NCBI GenBank assembly: GCA_963929435.1
Contig: CAWVIV010000006.1
Span: 2,535-66,534 of the forward strand
DNA from: an uncultured Bacilli bacterium
GTDB taxonomy: Bacteria > Bacillota_I > Bacilli_A > RF39 > UBA660
DNA length: 64,000 nt
Direction: 5' to 3'
Shown piece by piece: positions 1 through 10,521 of the stretch. The notes under the pieces were generated by a model. That model ran no database searches and had not been told where the DNA came from. It saw only the letters and a program-made list of their open reading frames with translations. Each line of letters starts with the position of its first letter. Position 1 is the stretch's first letter. The position numbers and the translations under genes are program-made.

Positions 1-1
1 C

Positions 2-832
2 TCTATTTTACAAGTTTTAAATAAGAAAGAAACAAATATAATTACAGTAGAAGATCCAATAGAAATGAATCTAGAGGGATTAAACCAAGTACAGGTTAAT
101 AGTGAAATAGGACTTGACTTTGCAACTGTTTTAAGATCTATTTTAAGACAAGACCCTAATGTTATCCTTATTGGTGAGATTCGTGATAGTGAAACAGCTA
201 AAATCGCTGTACGTGCTTCTATTACAGGTCACTTAGTATTATCTACAATCCATACTAATAACTCTTTAAGTACTATTGAAAGATTACTTGATATGAATGT
301 AGAAAGATATTTGTTATCAAGTGCCTTATCAGGTATTATTTCTCAAAAACTTGCTAAGATGGTATGTCCTCATTGTCGGATAAAAGAAAAAACTACTCCA
401 TATCAGAAAAAAGTATTTAAACTAGCTTTAGGTAAAGATGTTGATGAATTATACAATGCTAATCCTAAAGGATGTGATAAATGTAATAAAGGTTATCATG
501 GACGTATTGCAATTCAAGAAGTATTAATGATTAATGATGAGATAAGAAATGCCTTAAATGAAGAAAACTTAGAAAAGGATGATTTAAATAAAATGGTTTA
601 TACATCAGATGTTATTACAATGCTTCAAGACGGGCTTTTAAAAGTATTAGATGGTTCTACAACTTTTGATGAGATATATAAGATAATTGATGTTGATGAT
701 GACTTGGATGTTTATTGTAAAATTAGAGGTATTAATTATAATGAAAACAATAACATTGAAAAAAAGTATGAAGAAACAGAAAATAAAGTTATTGAAATTG
801 AAAATAAAGAAAAAGAGGATGAAATTTTATAA
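2..832 (+). CDS. GspE/PilB-family secretion/type IV pilus assembly ATPase, C-terminal part (5' end outside window)
   Basis: The frame is open from base 2 (SILQVLNKKETNIITVEDPIEM). It has ITVEDPIE, Walker B LRQDPNVILIGEIRD, His-box GHLVLSTIHTN, and Zn motifs CPHC...CDKC. Confidence 0.9.
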   Translation, partial: SILQVLNKKETNIITVEDPIEMNLEGLNQVQVNSEIGLDFATVLRSILRQDPNVILIGEIRDSETAKIAVRASITGHLVLSTIHTNNSLSTIERLLDMNVERYLLSSALSGIISQKLAKMVCPHCRIKEKTTPYQKKVFKLALGKDVDELYNANPKGCDKCNKGYHGRIAIQEVLMINDEIRNALNEENLEKDDLNKMVYTSDVITMLQDGLLKVLDGSTTFDEIYKIIDVDDDLDVYCKIRGINYNENNNIEKKYEETENKVIEIENKEKEDEIL

Positions 833-2593
833 TAACTTGATTTCTCCTCTTTTGTTTATTTCAATTAAATCTCCATTTTTTAAAACTTTAGTTGCCTTTT
901 TACATCCTACTACACAAGGAACTTTTAACTCTCTTGAAATTATAGCAGCATGAGACAAAACACCACCTTCATCAGTAATTATTGCCCTTGCCTTTTTTAT
1001 AATGTTCATATATTTAGGAGTTGTCATAGGAGTTACTAGTATATCTCCTTCTTTAAATTTTCTTAAATCAGTATCATTAAATACTTTAGATACTTTTCCT
1101 TTAATATTATCATTTATTGGATATGTTATCTGCCCTTTTAAATCATTAATATTTACTTCTTCTAAATAGATGTTATGTTCTTTAAAGAAAGCATCGTAAT
1201 TATCAGAAGTATATAAATTACCATTATAATAAATATAGCCCTTTTTTCTTTTTTCTATAATATCTTTATCTGGGATTTTATTAGACATAAGTTCATCTAA
1301 AGTTATAAAATCTATATCATGATACTCTTTATTTTTTAATAGTATATAATCAACAGCTTTATAAATAATATAATCATACTTTTCTCTAAATTCAATAAGT
1401 ATTTCTTTTATTCTTGGACTTACATTTTTAAATTTACCTGCTATTTGTCCTAAACTAGTAAATGGATATATATCAATTAATTTTGCGATATACTTTTTAT
1501 AATCAATATCTAAATTATTATCAATAACATTATTTAAATAATTAATATCTTCTAATACTAAATTATACATAGCTTCTGTTTTAGCATAGTCTTTATCTAA
1601 GTAATAATACATAGGACCTGGATGTTCTTCTAAATCAACATTATTATAATATACATCTACGACATTATCTTTTTTATTATAAACAAATAAAGGCTTAAAA
1701 TAGTATAAATTTCTAGTTAGTCTTTTAATTCCTTCATATTCTCCTTTATAATATATTTCTATATCTATAATAGATTTTTGTCTCGTAATAGATAAAGTAA
1801 ATGGTTTAGGTAAAGGAGTAACTGATGTTATAGGACGAGCTTGAAGAATATAACATTTATTATCCTTTATTGCATACTCTATATCCATTGGTTTACTATA
1901 TAACTTCTCTATTTTTAAAGCTTCATCCATTATATTATTAACTATATTATTTCTTAACTTAATAGGCCCTTCAGCAAAGTCTATTTTTTTTGTTTCTTTT
2001 CTAATTAAATACTTAGTTGGTGTAACTTTTCCTGAAACTAACTTTTCACACAATCCTTCTACTATTTCAACAATACTATAATTATTAGTATCACTAGTAG
2101 GATCTATTGTAAATATAACTCCTGAATAATCTGGTAATATCATAGTTTGAATTATTACATTCATACCATATAAATCAAAATTACTACCATAATCAATAAC
2201 ATTATTATTATAAAGAGAACACCAACATTTTTTTATATTATTAAATATATCTTCTTTATCTACATTTAAAAAAGATTCAAATTGTCCTGCATAAGACTTA
2301 GCTATTCCATCTTCCTCAAGAGAAGAAGACCTAACTGCAAATTTAGTATCATTTAGTAATGGCAATTCTCTATCTATTTTGACTTCTAATTCTTTATTTA
2401 TATCCTGCTTCATAATTAGTTCTTTAATGCTTTGATATTTCTTTTCTAAACTTAGATCTCTTATAGTTGTATAAATTTTATTAGCTTTCAAAAACATTAT
2501 ATAGTCATCTTTGGTTATTATAAAAAAGTTAGGGACTAAAATATTATTATCCTGCAAAAACACTAATGAACTTGCTTTACCACCATAAAACAT
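827..2593 (-). CDS. PEP-utilising dikinase-like enzyme (PPDK_N ATP-grasp + short central domain + C-terminal phospho-His swivel domain)
   Basis: Motifs GGKA, FAVRSSSLEEDG...SYAGQFESFLNV, EKLVSG, MDIEYAI...ILQARPIT, and C-terminal TDEGGVLSHAAIISRELKVPCVVG. Confidence 0.85.
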   Translation of the reverse strand: MFYGGKASSLVFLQDNNILVPNFFIITKDDYIMFLKANKIYTTIRDLSLEKKYQSIKELIMKQDINKELEVKIDRELPLLNDTKFAVRSSSLEEDGIAKSYAGQFESFLNVDKEDIFNNIKKCWCSLYNNNVIDYGSNFDLYGMNVIIQTMILPDYSGVIFTIDPTSDTNNYSIVEIVEGLCEKLVSGKVTPTKYLIRKETKKIDFAEGPIKLRNNIVNNIMDEALKIEKLYSKPMDIEYAIKDNKCYILQARPITSVTPLPKPFTLSITRQKSIIDIEIYYKGEYEGIKRLTRNLYYFKPLFVYNKKDNVVDVYYNNVDLEEHPGPMYYYLDKDYAKTEAMYNLVLEDINYLNNVIDNNLDIDYKKYIAKLIDIYPFTSLGQIAGKFKNVSPRIKEILIEFREKYDYIIYKAVDYILLKNKEYHDIDFITLDELMSNKIPDKDIIEKRKKGYIYYNGNLYTSDNYDAFFKEHNIYLEEVNINDLKGQITYPINDNIKGKVSKVFNDTDLRKFKEGDILVTPMTTPKYMNIIKKARAIITDEGGVLSHAAIISRELKVPCVVGCKKATKVLKNGDLIEINKRGEIKLL

Positions 2594-2622
2594 AATAATT
2601 ATTCCTTTCGTAGCAATACTTT

Positions 2623-2949
2623 TTACTTATTTTTTTTCAATTCTCTACTCATACCCATTACCTTGACATAACTAATGACACTAATTATTATCATGCCTAT
2701 ATTAAGAATAAGGACTAAGATTGCAAACAAGTTAAAGTCTGTAAGACCATTAATAAGGCTTTCTGATTCATTTTCTACCACTACATTACGGCTTCCAAAA
2801 TAACTTAAAGTAAGTATTAATGTAATAAGAAAATAAATGGTTGAAAATATACCTAACTTAATCTTTTTTAATCTAAAAAACTTATATGCACAAACTGCTT
2901 CTATAGCCATAAATAAAAATATAACTACTAAAAATAAATAATTACCCAT
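2623..2949 (-). CDS. Hypothetical membrane protein (about 3 TM segments)
   Basis: 108-aa hydrophobic ORF with GGAGG RBS, co-oriented between ldh and the dikinase. Confidence 0.7.
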   Translation of the reverse strand: MGNYLFLVVIFLFMAIEAVCAYKFFRLKKIKLGIFSTIYFLITLILTLSYFGSRNVVVENESESLINGLTDFNLFAILVLILNIGMIIISVISYVKVMGMSRELKKNK

Positions 2950-2961
2950 AATTAATACCTC

Positions 2962-3876
2962 CTAATACAATTCTTTTGGTAATATCTTATCAAGTGCTTC
3001 ACTAATTACTTCACTGCTTTCTTCTAATTTTTCTTCTTCCTCTTCTGTAAGCTTTATATTAATAACTTTCTCTATTCCATTTTTACCTATAATACATGGA
3101 GTTGAAAGGTATACATCATAAGTTGTATTATAATTTGATACTGGATATACTTTCTTTAAGTCATTTAGAATACATAAAGTAAGTTCTAAAAGACATGAAG
3201 CTACTCCATCACTAGTATAACCTTTATGTTTAACAATAACTCCACCCATATGCCGTGTTTCATACTCAAGTTCTTCTTTTTCATCAGTAGATAAAAATCT
3301 ATTTAAGTTTTCTAATCCTATATTAGCATTACTCCAAGCAACAAACTGACTATTACCATGTTCTCCTAAAACATAGACATTTATATCGTTAGGTTTAACT
3401 TTAATTTTTTTACTAATCAGCGACTTTAATCTTGCTGTATCTAACATTGTTCCAGTACCTATTACTTTATTATAAGGATAATCTGTATAATGAGCGATTA
3501 ACTCTGTTATAACATCTAAGGGGTTACAAGCGACTAAAACAATACCTTTAAAAGATGTATCTCTTAACTTATTAGTAATATCAACTACTATCTCATTCGC
3601 TTTATCTAAATCACTCATTCTATCCTTTGTAGACTGGGGAACACCTGCGGTTATAACAACTATATCAGCATCATCACAGTCACTATAATCACCAATTTTT
3701 AAACTGATATTGCTATTTCTATAGACTAAAGATTGTTCTAAATCAAGTATTTCACCTTCAAGCCTCTCTTCATCTTCATCAATTAAACTTATATCAACAT
3801 TTATATCAGTCATACATAGTTTTTTTAAGTACGCAAGTCCTACATTACCACAACCTATAATAACAATACTCTTCAT
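2962..3876 (-). CDS. ldh: L-lactate dehydrogenase family
   Basis: Rossmann GCGNVG, ITAGVPQ (Gln in the LDH specificity position), NPLD, GTMLDTAR, GEHG. Start moved to ATG 3876 from AGGA spacing. Confidence 0.85.
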   Translation of the reverse strand: MKSIVIIGCGNVGLAYLKKLCMTDINVDISLIDEDEERLEGEILDLEQSLVYRNSNISLKIGDYSDCDDADIVVITAGVPQSTKDRMSDLDKANEIVVDITNKLRDTSFKGIVLVACNPLDVITELIAHYTDYPYNKVIGTGTMLDTARLKSLISKKIKVKPNDINVYVLGEHGNSQFVAWSNANIGLENLNRFLSTDEKEELEYETRHMGGVIVKHKGYTSDGVASCLLELTLCILNDLKKVYPVSNYNTTYDVYLSTPCIIGKNGIEKVINIKLTEEEEEKLEESSEVISEALDKILPKELY

Positions 3877-3961
3877 CTTCATCAATCCTTCTATAATTAG
3901 TCTATCACAGTTTTTAATAATTATAAAGAAAAAAGACGAATGTAAATTCATCTTTTGGGAT

Positions 3962-5164
3962 TTATTTTTCTAATAGCCACTCTATTATATTCTTATGTAT
4001 AATTCCATTCCTTGACAAATCTTCTTCATCTAAAGAAAGAACATACTTAGGTACATCATCATTTAATTCTTCAAAAGCACAGAATTCTCTTTCAATTACT
4101 TTATCACTATCTAATAAGTAAGCTACTTGAATATACATTTTTTCATCAGTTTTAGTGGCAATAAAATCTATCTCTCCTTTTTTAGTTTTTCCTATATATA
4201 CATCATATCCTCTTTCTAATAATTCATTATATACAACATTCTCAATAGCAAAACTTTTATTTATCTCAAAGTTATTATTCTTTATCTGTGCTATTCCTAA
4301 ATCAGTCATATAATACTTATTTAAAGTTTTTAATATTGCCTTACCGTGAATATCATATCTATAAATTTTATTAATTATTAAAGCTTTACATAAAGCATCT
4401 AAATAATTATATAAAGTTTCAGTAGAAACACTTCTTCCTTCAGTTTTTAAAAACTTTATAACATTATCAGCAGAAAATTCTCTTCCTGTTGTATCAACAA
4501 CATATTGTAATAACAAATTAAATAAAACTATGTCTTTAAGTCCTAGTCGTTCTACTACATCCCTTAGAATAATAGAATCAAAAACACTATGAAGATAATC
4601 TTTTATATTAACTTCATCAGTAAACTGAACTCTATTTGGTAGTCCTCCCCACTTTACGAAATCCCAAAATGTTTCTTCACTTTTAGGATTTTTTGAAGAT
4701 AGTTCAGTAAATTCTTTATAACTCAAAGGATAAATATTAAATAGAACATACCTTCCGGATAAAACAGTAGAAAGTTCCTTTGATAAAAGCTTACTATTAG
4801 AACCAGTTATAAAAATACTTATATTAGAAAGAGATGCTCTTAGTGAGTTCACAACTGTCTCAAATTTTTCAACTCTTTGTATCTCATCTAAAAATACATA
4901 ATAAATTTTATCATCTTTAATATTATCTTTAATATATTTATTTAACTTTTTATAGTCTTGTAATTCTTCATATTCTACAAGTTCAAAATTAACATATATA
5001 ATATGGTCTTCATTAATACCTTTATCTTTTATTTCTTCTACTATCTGATTAAGAATAACAGATTTACCACACCTTCTTATTCCTACTAATATTTTCACTA
5101 AATTAGAATCATAAAATCCTCTAATTCTTGACAAATAAGCTTCTCTTTTTAACATTTTTATCAC
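3962..5164 (-). CDS. AAA_14/DUF4143 ATP-binding protein
   Basis: Walker A GIRRCGKS, Walker B FLDEIQ, ITGSNS, GGLP, YYMTDLG, ENVVYNEL, GEIDFI. Confidence 0.9.
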   Translation of the reverse strand: MIKMLKREAYLSRIRGFYDSNLVKILVGIRRCGKSVILNQIVEEIKDKGINEDHIIYVNFELVEYEELQDYKKLNKYIKDNIKDDKIYYVFLDEIQRVEKFETVVNSLRASLSNISIFITGSNSKLLSKELSTVLSGRYVLFNIYPLSYKEFTELSSKNPKSEETFWDFVKWGGLPNRVQFTDEVNIKDYLHSVFDSIILRDVVERLGLKDIVLFNLLLQYVVDTTGREFSADNVIKFLKTEGRSVSTETLYNYLDALCKALIINKIYRYDIHGKAILKTLNKYYMTDLGIAQIKNNNFEINKSFAIENVVYNELLERGYDVYIGKTKKGEIDFIATKTDEKMYIQVAYLLDSDKVIEREFCAFEELNDDVPKYVLSLDEEDLSRNGIIHKNIIEWLLEK

Positions 5165-5172
5165 CTATTTTT

Positions 5173-5201
5173 ATTTTATATTTATATAATACTTTTGTCA
5201 A
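5173..5201 (-). promoter_or_regulatory. Sigma-A-type promoter of the AAA_14/DUF4143 gene
   Basis: TTGACA (5201-5196), 17-nt spacer, TAAAAT (5178-5173) on the minus strand. Confidence 0.6.
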
Positions 5202-5237
5202 GTTGTTTCGTTAAAACGAAATAACTTTTTAAAACAG

Positions 5238-6563
5238 TTATACATCTTTACTCTTAAAAGCTTTAAAGAACTTACTCCATACTTTTTCATTAGAATAATT
5301 AAGTATCCCTACTTTATATACTCTAATACCAAAATGTAATATTAGATAGATAAAGATAATAAGTACTACAATAGAGATAACTATATCTATTAAACCTATC
5401 TCTCCCATCATATAAAGGCTAGGACTAACAAATGATGATAAGAATGGTACATATGAAAGTATTCTAATAAGAAGTGAACCATTAAACATGCCAGCCATAA
5501 GAGCTAGATAATAGCCTCCTAAAGAAAGAAATACTAATGGAGTTTGTAATTGACTAAAGTCTTCCATATTAACAGTCATAGAGGCAAGAATACCTGCGAC
5601 AATGGAATATGCTAGGAATGATAAAACTATTAAGATTAAAGTTAGTGGTATTACATAAATTAACTTTTCAATAAAACCAGATGCTACTAAACTATCTAAG
5701 ATAGATGTAACTTCACTAGGTAGTGACATTCCACTACTTAACATATTAGTACTTATTAATAGACCAAGCACAGCATAAACTACTAAAAGTAGCCCTTGAA
5801 CGATAACAAAGATATTACTAGCAAGTATCTTAGACATTAAGTGTTGTTTAGGAGAAACATTAGATATAATTATTTCCATACTCCGAGTAGTTTTCTCTTC
5901 ACATATTTCTCCCCCTACCATCTGTATCAAAATCATCGTCAACATAAAGAATGGTAAAATGATTGTAGGAAAGACACTACTCATAATAAGTCCCATATTT
6001 TCATCTACATTATCACTTTCATTAAGAACTACTCTATCTATTGTTACAGGACTAGAGATATTGTTTAATGTAGTAGCATCTATATTATTAATAGCCATAC
6101 CAATAGTAGTTTTAGTAGAATTTAAACTCTGAGATAATACTTGATAAGTTAAAGTATCTATTTTCTTATTAGAAGTAACTTTAGCTTTCAAGTATTCTGT
6201 ACTATCACTATTTAATTCTACTAATATCTCATCATCTTTTAGATTATCTTTCAATTCATCAACATCTTTTTCACTCTTTTTAACTGTTACTTTTACATCT
6301 TCTTCATCAGAATTTATTGTACTAGCATAACTTTCTATATTCTTTTCAAATAAACTATAACTATCAGTACCATTATCTATAACAATTATATTAGTTTTAC
6401 TATCAAAATCTCCTCCAAAGAAAGAGACAATAGAATTAATGTTTAAGAAAAGTACTATCGCTACGGCAAGAATTATATTAGTAATAACAAACCATTTAGT
6501 TTTAAACTTCTTTCTTAGACTAACTTTAGTTAAATAAAGAAATTTTCTATTCATGGATGCCAC
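5238..6563 (-). CDS. ABC-2 type transporter permease (NatB/YhaP-like)
   Basis: N-terminal TM, extracellular loop, EKTTRSMEIIISNVSP motif, multiple C-terminal TMs. Overlaps the ATPase gene. Confidence 0.85.
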   Translation of the reverse strand: MASMNRKFLYLTKVSLRKKFKTKWFVITNIILAVAIVLFLNINSIVSFFGGDFDSKTNIIVIDNGTDSYSLFEKNIESYASTINSDEEDVKVTVKKSEKDVDELKDNLKDDEILVELNSDSTEYLKAKVTSNKKIDTLTYQVLSQSLNSTKTTIGMAINNIDATTLNNISSPVTIDRVVLNESDNVDENMGLIMSSVFPTIILPFFMLTMILIQMVGGEICEEKTTRSMEIIISNVSPKQHLMSKILASNIFVIVQGLLLVVYAVLGLLISTNMLSSGMSLPSEVTSILDSLVASGFIEKLIYVIPLTLILIVLSFLAYSIVAGILASMTVNMEDFSQLQTPLVFLSLGGYYLALMAGMFNGSLLIRILSYVPFLSSFVSPSLYMMGEIGLIDIVISIVVLIIFIYLILHFGIRVYKVGILNYSNEKVWSKFFKAFKSKDV

Positions 6564-7443
6564 CTACTTTCGCAATAAATATTTCATTAAGTGTAGGTTC
6601 TACTACATCATACTTAGTAATATTAGAGTTTTTAACTAAAGCAAATATTTTAGGAGCGACCGTCTTATCTTCTACCTTAACTTCTATTTCTCCTCTTACT
6701 TTAGAAATGCTTATTACACCTTTAACTTTCTTTATTTTATCAAGAGGCAAATCATCCCCTCTTAACATAATATTTTTAATACCAAATTCTTCTTTAATAT
6801 CTTTTAACATTCCACTAACAACTGGATGCCCTTTTACAAGAATAACTAACTTCTCACAAAAGTCTTCAATATATTCCATTTGGTGTGATGAAAAGATAAT
6901 AGAACATCCTTCTTTTTGTAAATCATATATAGCATCTTTCATCAATTTAACATTGATAGGATCAAGTCCTGTAAAAGGTTCATCTAATATTAATAGTTTA
7001 GGATGATTAATGATTGCAGAGATAAACTGAATCTTTTGTTGATTACCCTTAGACAATTCTTTAATCTTTCTATTTTTATAACTAGAAATGGAAAACTTCT
7101 CTAACCATTTATCTATATCTTTTTCAATAGTTCTCTCATCTAGTCCTTTTAAAACTCCATAAAAGGTAAGTTGTTCTAAGACTGTAAGTTTCGTAAGTAA
7201 GCTTCTTTCTTCTGTAACAAAACCTATTTTATCTGTTAAGTTATAATCAATTTTCTTACCATCAAGTAAAACTTCACCACTACTTGCTTCAATTAAACCC
7301 ATAATAATTCTAAAAGTAGTTGTTTTACCAGCTCCATTCTCACCAAGTAAACCAAAGATTTCTCCATCCTTAACAGTAAAAGATAAATCATCTACTGCTT
7401 TATTACTTCCATAATATTTTGTAATATGTTTAACTTCAAGCAT
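6547..7443 (-). CDS. ABC transporter ATP-binding protein (NatA/YhaQ-like)
   Basis: GENGAGKTT, signature LSKGNQQK, LILDEPFTGLDP, H-loop SSH. Confidence 0.92.
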   Translation of the reverse strand: MLEVKHITKYYGSNKAVDDLSFTVKDGEIFGLLGENGAGKTTTFRIIMGLIEASSGEVLLDGKKIDYNLTDKIGFVTEERSLLTKLTVLEQLTFYGVLKGLDERTIEKDIDKWLEKFSISSYKNRKIKELSKGNQQKIQFISAIINHPKLLILDEPFTGLDPINVKLMKDAIYDLQKEGCSIIFSSHQMEYIEDFCEKLVILVKGHPVVSGMLKDIKEEFGIKNIMLRGDDLPLDKIKKVKGVISISKVRGEIEVKVEDKTVAPKIFALVKNSNITKYDVVEPTLNEIFIAKVGGIHE

Positions 7444-7473
7444 AAATTTTCCTCCTACAACATAATAACATTA

Positions 7474-8613
7474 TTACCATCTAATATGAAGCCCTAATTT
7501 TTCAAAATAATTTTGATACCATTTTCTATTGACTCTAGCAGGCTTACTATTATAAATTAATTTAAATATTTTTTGTCTAACTATTTCTATAATTAAAGAA
7601 ATTACAAAGATAGCAAGGGTAACTACAATTACAAATAATAAAGTTTGAATAGTTACATTATCTATATTATAAAATCCCAACCAATCATATAAATAAGTTC
7701 TAACATATATATTTTCATGAATTAAATAAATACCTAAAACATATTTAGCAATAAAATTAACTTTCTTACTCTTAAAAGTAAAAGTACTAAAAATAAGAAA
7801 GTAAAAAATACTCTGTAAAATAACAATTGGGCTAGCAAAACTAATATTCATATAGCCAAAAATAGCAGAAAGTTCTTTAGCCACGCTACCTAATTGTCCT
7901 AAATAATTGTAAGCCAACCAGCAAAATACGGAAAGTAATGCACAAAACAAAAATAAGATTATATAAATAAATCTTTTCGCTTCAAGAGAAAAAGGCTTCA
8001 TAAAATAAGAATTATTAATGGGATATAATCTAATGTAACTGCCAATAAAATAAAGTAATATAAAAGTTGATAAAGATCTACCCGTAACAGTATTAAAGAA
8101 AACATCTCTTGTTAATGTTGATAACAAACTAACAACAATAAATAAAACAATTATTATTTTTTGTAAATCTCTTTTCGTACTATTATTAATAACTTTATTT
8201 AAAATAGGACTAATTAAATAAAGAATCAAATAACTACTAATAAACCAATATATACCAAAATCAATTGGTAATAAAGTTTGAATTAAGGTAATAATATCTG
8301 GAACTGCTATAACACCAAAAGCAATAAATAATACCATAATTAAAACTTTATAAAACCAAGTCATATTATTTAAAGCTAAGACTTTTCCTAACCGCATTTT
8401 ACTTTTACATTGAAAATATCCTGTAATTAAAATAAACGAATTAACATGAACTAAAATTAAAGCCTCTAAAAATACAACAACTATTTTCATAGAACCACTA
8501 GCATAATCAAGTAAGGCTCCATGAACTAATACATGATATAAAATAATGAAAATCATTGAAATAATTCTCATAAGTTCAAAATTTGAATCTCTAGTTTTAT
8601 TAACAGCTTCCAT
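7474..8613 (-). CDS. Acyltransferase family 3 (membrane O-acyltransferase)
   Basis: N-terminal RDSNFELMRIISM...YH, FILITGYF, YWFISSY, YLIH; about 10 TMs. Confidence 0.85.
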   Translation of the reverse strand: MEAVNKTRDSNFELMRIISMIFIILYHVLVHGALLDYASGSMKIVVVFLEALILVHVNSFILITGYFQCKSKMRLGKVLALNNMTWFYKVLIMVLFIAFGVIAVPDIITLIQTLLPIDFGIYWFISSYLILYLISPILNKVINNSTKRDLQKIIIVLFIVVSLLSTLTRDVFFNTVTGRSLSTFILLYFIGSYIRLYPINNSYFMKPFSLEAKRFIYIILFLFCALLSVFCWLAYNYLGQLGSVAKELSAIFGYMNISFASPIVILQSIFYFLIFSTFTFKSKKVNFIAKYVLGIYLIHENIYVRTYLYDWLGFYNIDNVTIQTLLFVIVVTLAIFVISLIIEIVRQKIFKLIYNSKPARVNRKWYQNYFEKLGLHIRW

Positions 8614-8740
8614 TTACCTCGCCCCTATCTTATATTCATTATAATAGAAATTAATTTCCTTGTAAAGAATATTTATTTAAAAGGTATTAACAATTATTAG
8701 TATATCCAAAAGCTAAAAAAATATAAAAACAGTTCTAAAA

Positions 8741-10483
8741 CTATTTAAAACTGTTCTTTTTAATAAATGGAATTGCCAAAAGAAATGGTAATGTTGTAAA
8801 TAATGAGAAAATATATCTTGTTTCATTATATACTGGTGTTGCAGCCATAATAGTTAACCATACCGCAAATAAAGGAATATATGGATAAAGAGATTTAAAG
8901 CCATTTCTTTTATAATTAATATAAGCAAAAATAAAGAAAATCCAAACTAATAATCCTATACTCCAAGTTAAAGCTACAATTGGAATATCTTGATTAGTGA
9001 TATTAGCAACATAGTCTTGGATAACCTTTGGTGCTTTAGGCTCAATTTTAACACCTTTTGTATTTTCTACTATTGTATTTTCATATGATCTATCCCAAAT
9101 ATTAGGATACCAATAACCAAGTGTACTAATAGCATAAGACTCTACCGCTATTGTTGGATGCTTAACGACAAGAGTTAACCATAATTTAAAATATTCAAAT
9201 TTATTTTCATCAAAGACTTCTTTATTATAATCATCATTAAACTTTATATTATCAGAACTCATAGGATTATAAATATTCCTTAATAAATCTACATCAATTA
9301 GTTTGTTAAGCGTCTTTTTCTCACTCTTAGTTATAACTACATCTTTATATACCATTCTTCCTATCTGTTGCATTGGAATAGCGATATATTCTGATGAAGC
9401 ACTAGTTTGAACAGAAAAGTAGTTAAAAACAGGGCCTTTAATAATAAAATAAAAACTTAAAACAATTGCGAACATTATAATTAACTTCTTATAATTATTT
9501 CTAAGCATTATAAATGAGAAAATAATCAATACAAAATACATATAAATAGCATTATTTCTAAAGAATATTGTAAAAATAGAAACAATAATAAAAGAGATCA
9601 TATTGCTAATTTTAAGATTATTTCTATTTTCTATAAGTTTATAACATTCTATAGTTAGTAATAAAAGGAAAGCTGCAAAGTAAATATCTTTCCACATAAC
9701 GATACTAAAATAGCCAAATATTGGTGTTAAAGCATAAAAAGCTAATACCGCTATCAATATTTTAAAATTAACTTTATGCTTATATAAGAAAACTAATGAA
9801 TAAGCAAATATAGATGCTAAGACAAGTATCTGGATAATTGAATAAGTCGCAATCGCTGCCGTTAGATTTTTAAAAAGTCCATATCCTATTGTATAAGCTA
9901 ATCTTATTATGAAAAGATGCACTATTGTATGATTATCAAAGGCCAATTGATTTTTTGAAGCTCGCATTAATTCTCCCCAAGAATCAGTAGAAACTGTTCC
10001 TGGAAATAAAGATAAAAAATAAGGAAGCCAAGCTAGAATTACAATAATGAAAGAAATTAAAAATACATACTTACTTTTCTTTTTATCATAAACTATCTCT
10101 TTTAACTTAACTTCACAAAGTCTAGGAACAACATTCCCTAAAAAAAGCTGAAATAAAGCTGTATAACCAATAAAGGAAATTATACTACGAAAAGTAAAGA
10201 ATTCCATAATTATACTAACGTTCCTATCATACATATACTGTATACAAAGATTTCCTAAAACCAAAAGAAAAGCAAAGATTAAAGAAAAAAAGAATTGCCC
10301 TAAATACACCCTTGTTGGCTTTTTAAAATATTTAACAAAAAGAAAAATAAGTGTTATTAATAAACAGAAGGAAAAAAAATTATAAGCTGGAACTATATTA
10401 TTTAAACATAATGTAATATAACTAATTATTGCCAAAATAACATATGTTATCTTTTTATCAAACAAAAGTAATAATTCCCTCAT
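8741..10483 (-). CDS. DUF6020-like polytopic membrane protein (putative GT-C glycosyltransferase)
   Basis: FPGTVSTDS, NHTIVH, MWKDIYF, FRNNA, IPMQQIGR, RYIFSL; paralogous to 11453-13258. Confidence 0.75.
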   Translation of the reverse strand: MRELLLLFDKKITYVILAIISYITLCLNNIVPAYNFFSFCLLITLIFLFVKYFKKPTRVYLGQFFFSLIFAFLLVLGNLCIQYMYDRNVSIIMEFFTFRSIISFIGYTALFQLFLGNVVPRLCEVKLKEIVYDKKKSKYVFLISFIIVILAWLPYFLSLFPGTVSTDSWGELMRASKNQLAFDNHTIVHLFIIRLAYTIGYGLFKNLTAAIATYSIIQILVLASIFAYSLVFLYKHKVNFKILIAVLAFYALTPIFGYFSIVMWKDIYFAAFLLLLTIECYKLIENRNNLKISNMISFIIVSIFTIFFRNNAIYMYFVLIIFSFIMLRNNYKKLIIMFAIVLSFYFIIKGPVFNYFSVQTSASSEYIAIPMQQIGRMVYKDVVITKSEKKTLNKLIDVDLLRNIYNPMSSDNIKFNDDYNKEVFDENKFEYFKLWLTLVVKHPTIAVESYAISTLGYWYPNIWDRSYENTIVENTKGVKIEPKAPKVIQDYVANITNQDIPIVALTWSIGLLVWIFFIFAYINYKRNGFKSLYPYIPLFAVWLTIMAATPVYNETRYIFSLFTTLPFLLAIPFIKKNSFK

Positions 10484-10521
10484 AATATTTTACACCTCTA
10501 TTTTTAACACTTATTAATATA

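Noticed and set aside
827-2593. Second ppdK or PEP synthase
   Set aside because: It lacks the C-terminal pyruvate-binding barrel, and its His domain is terminal.
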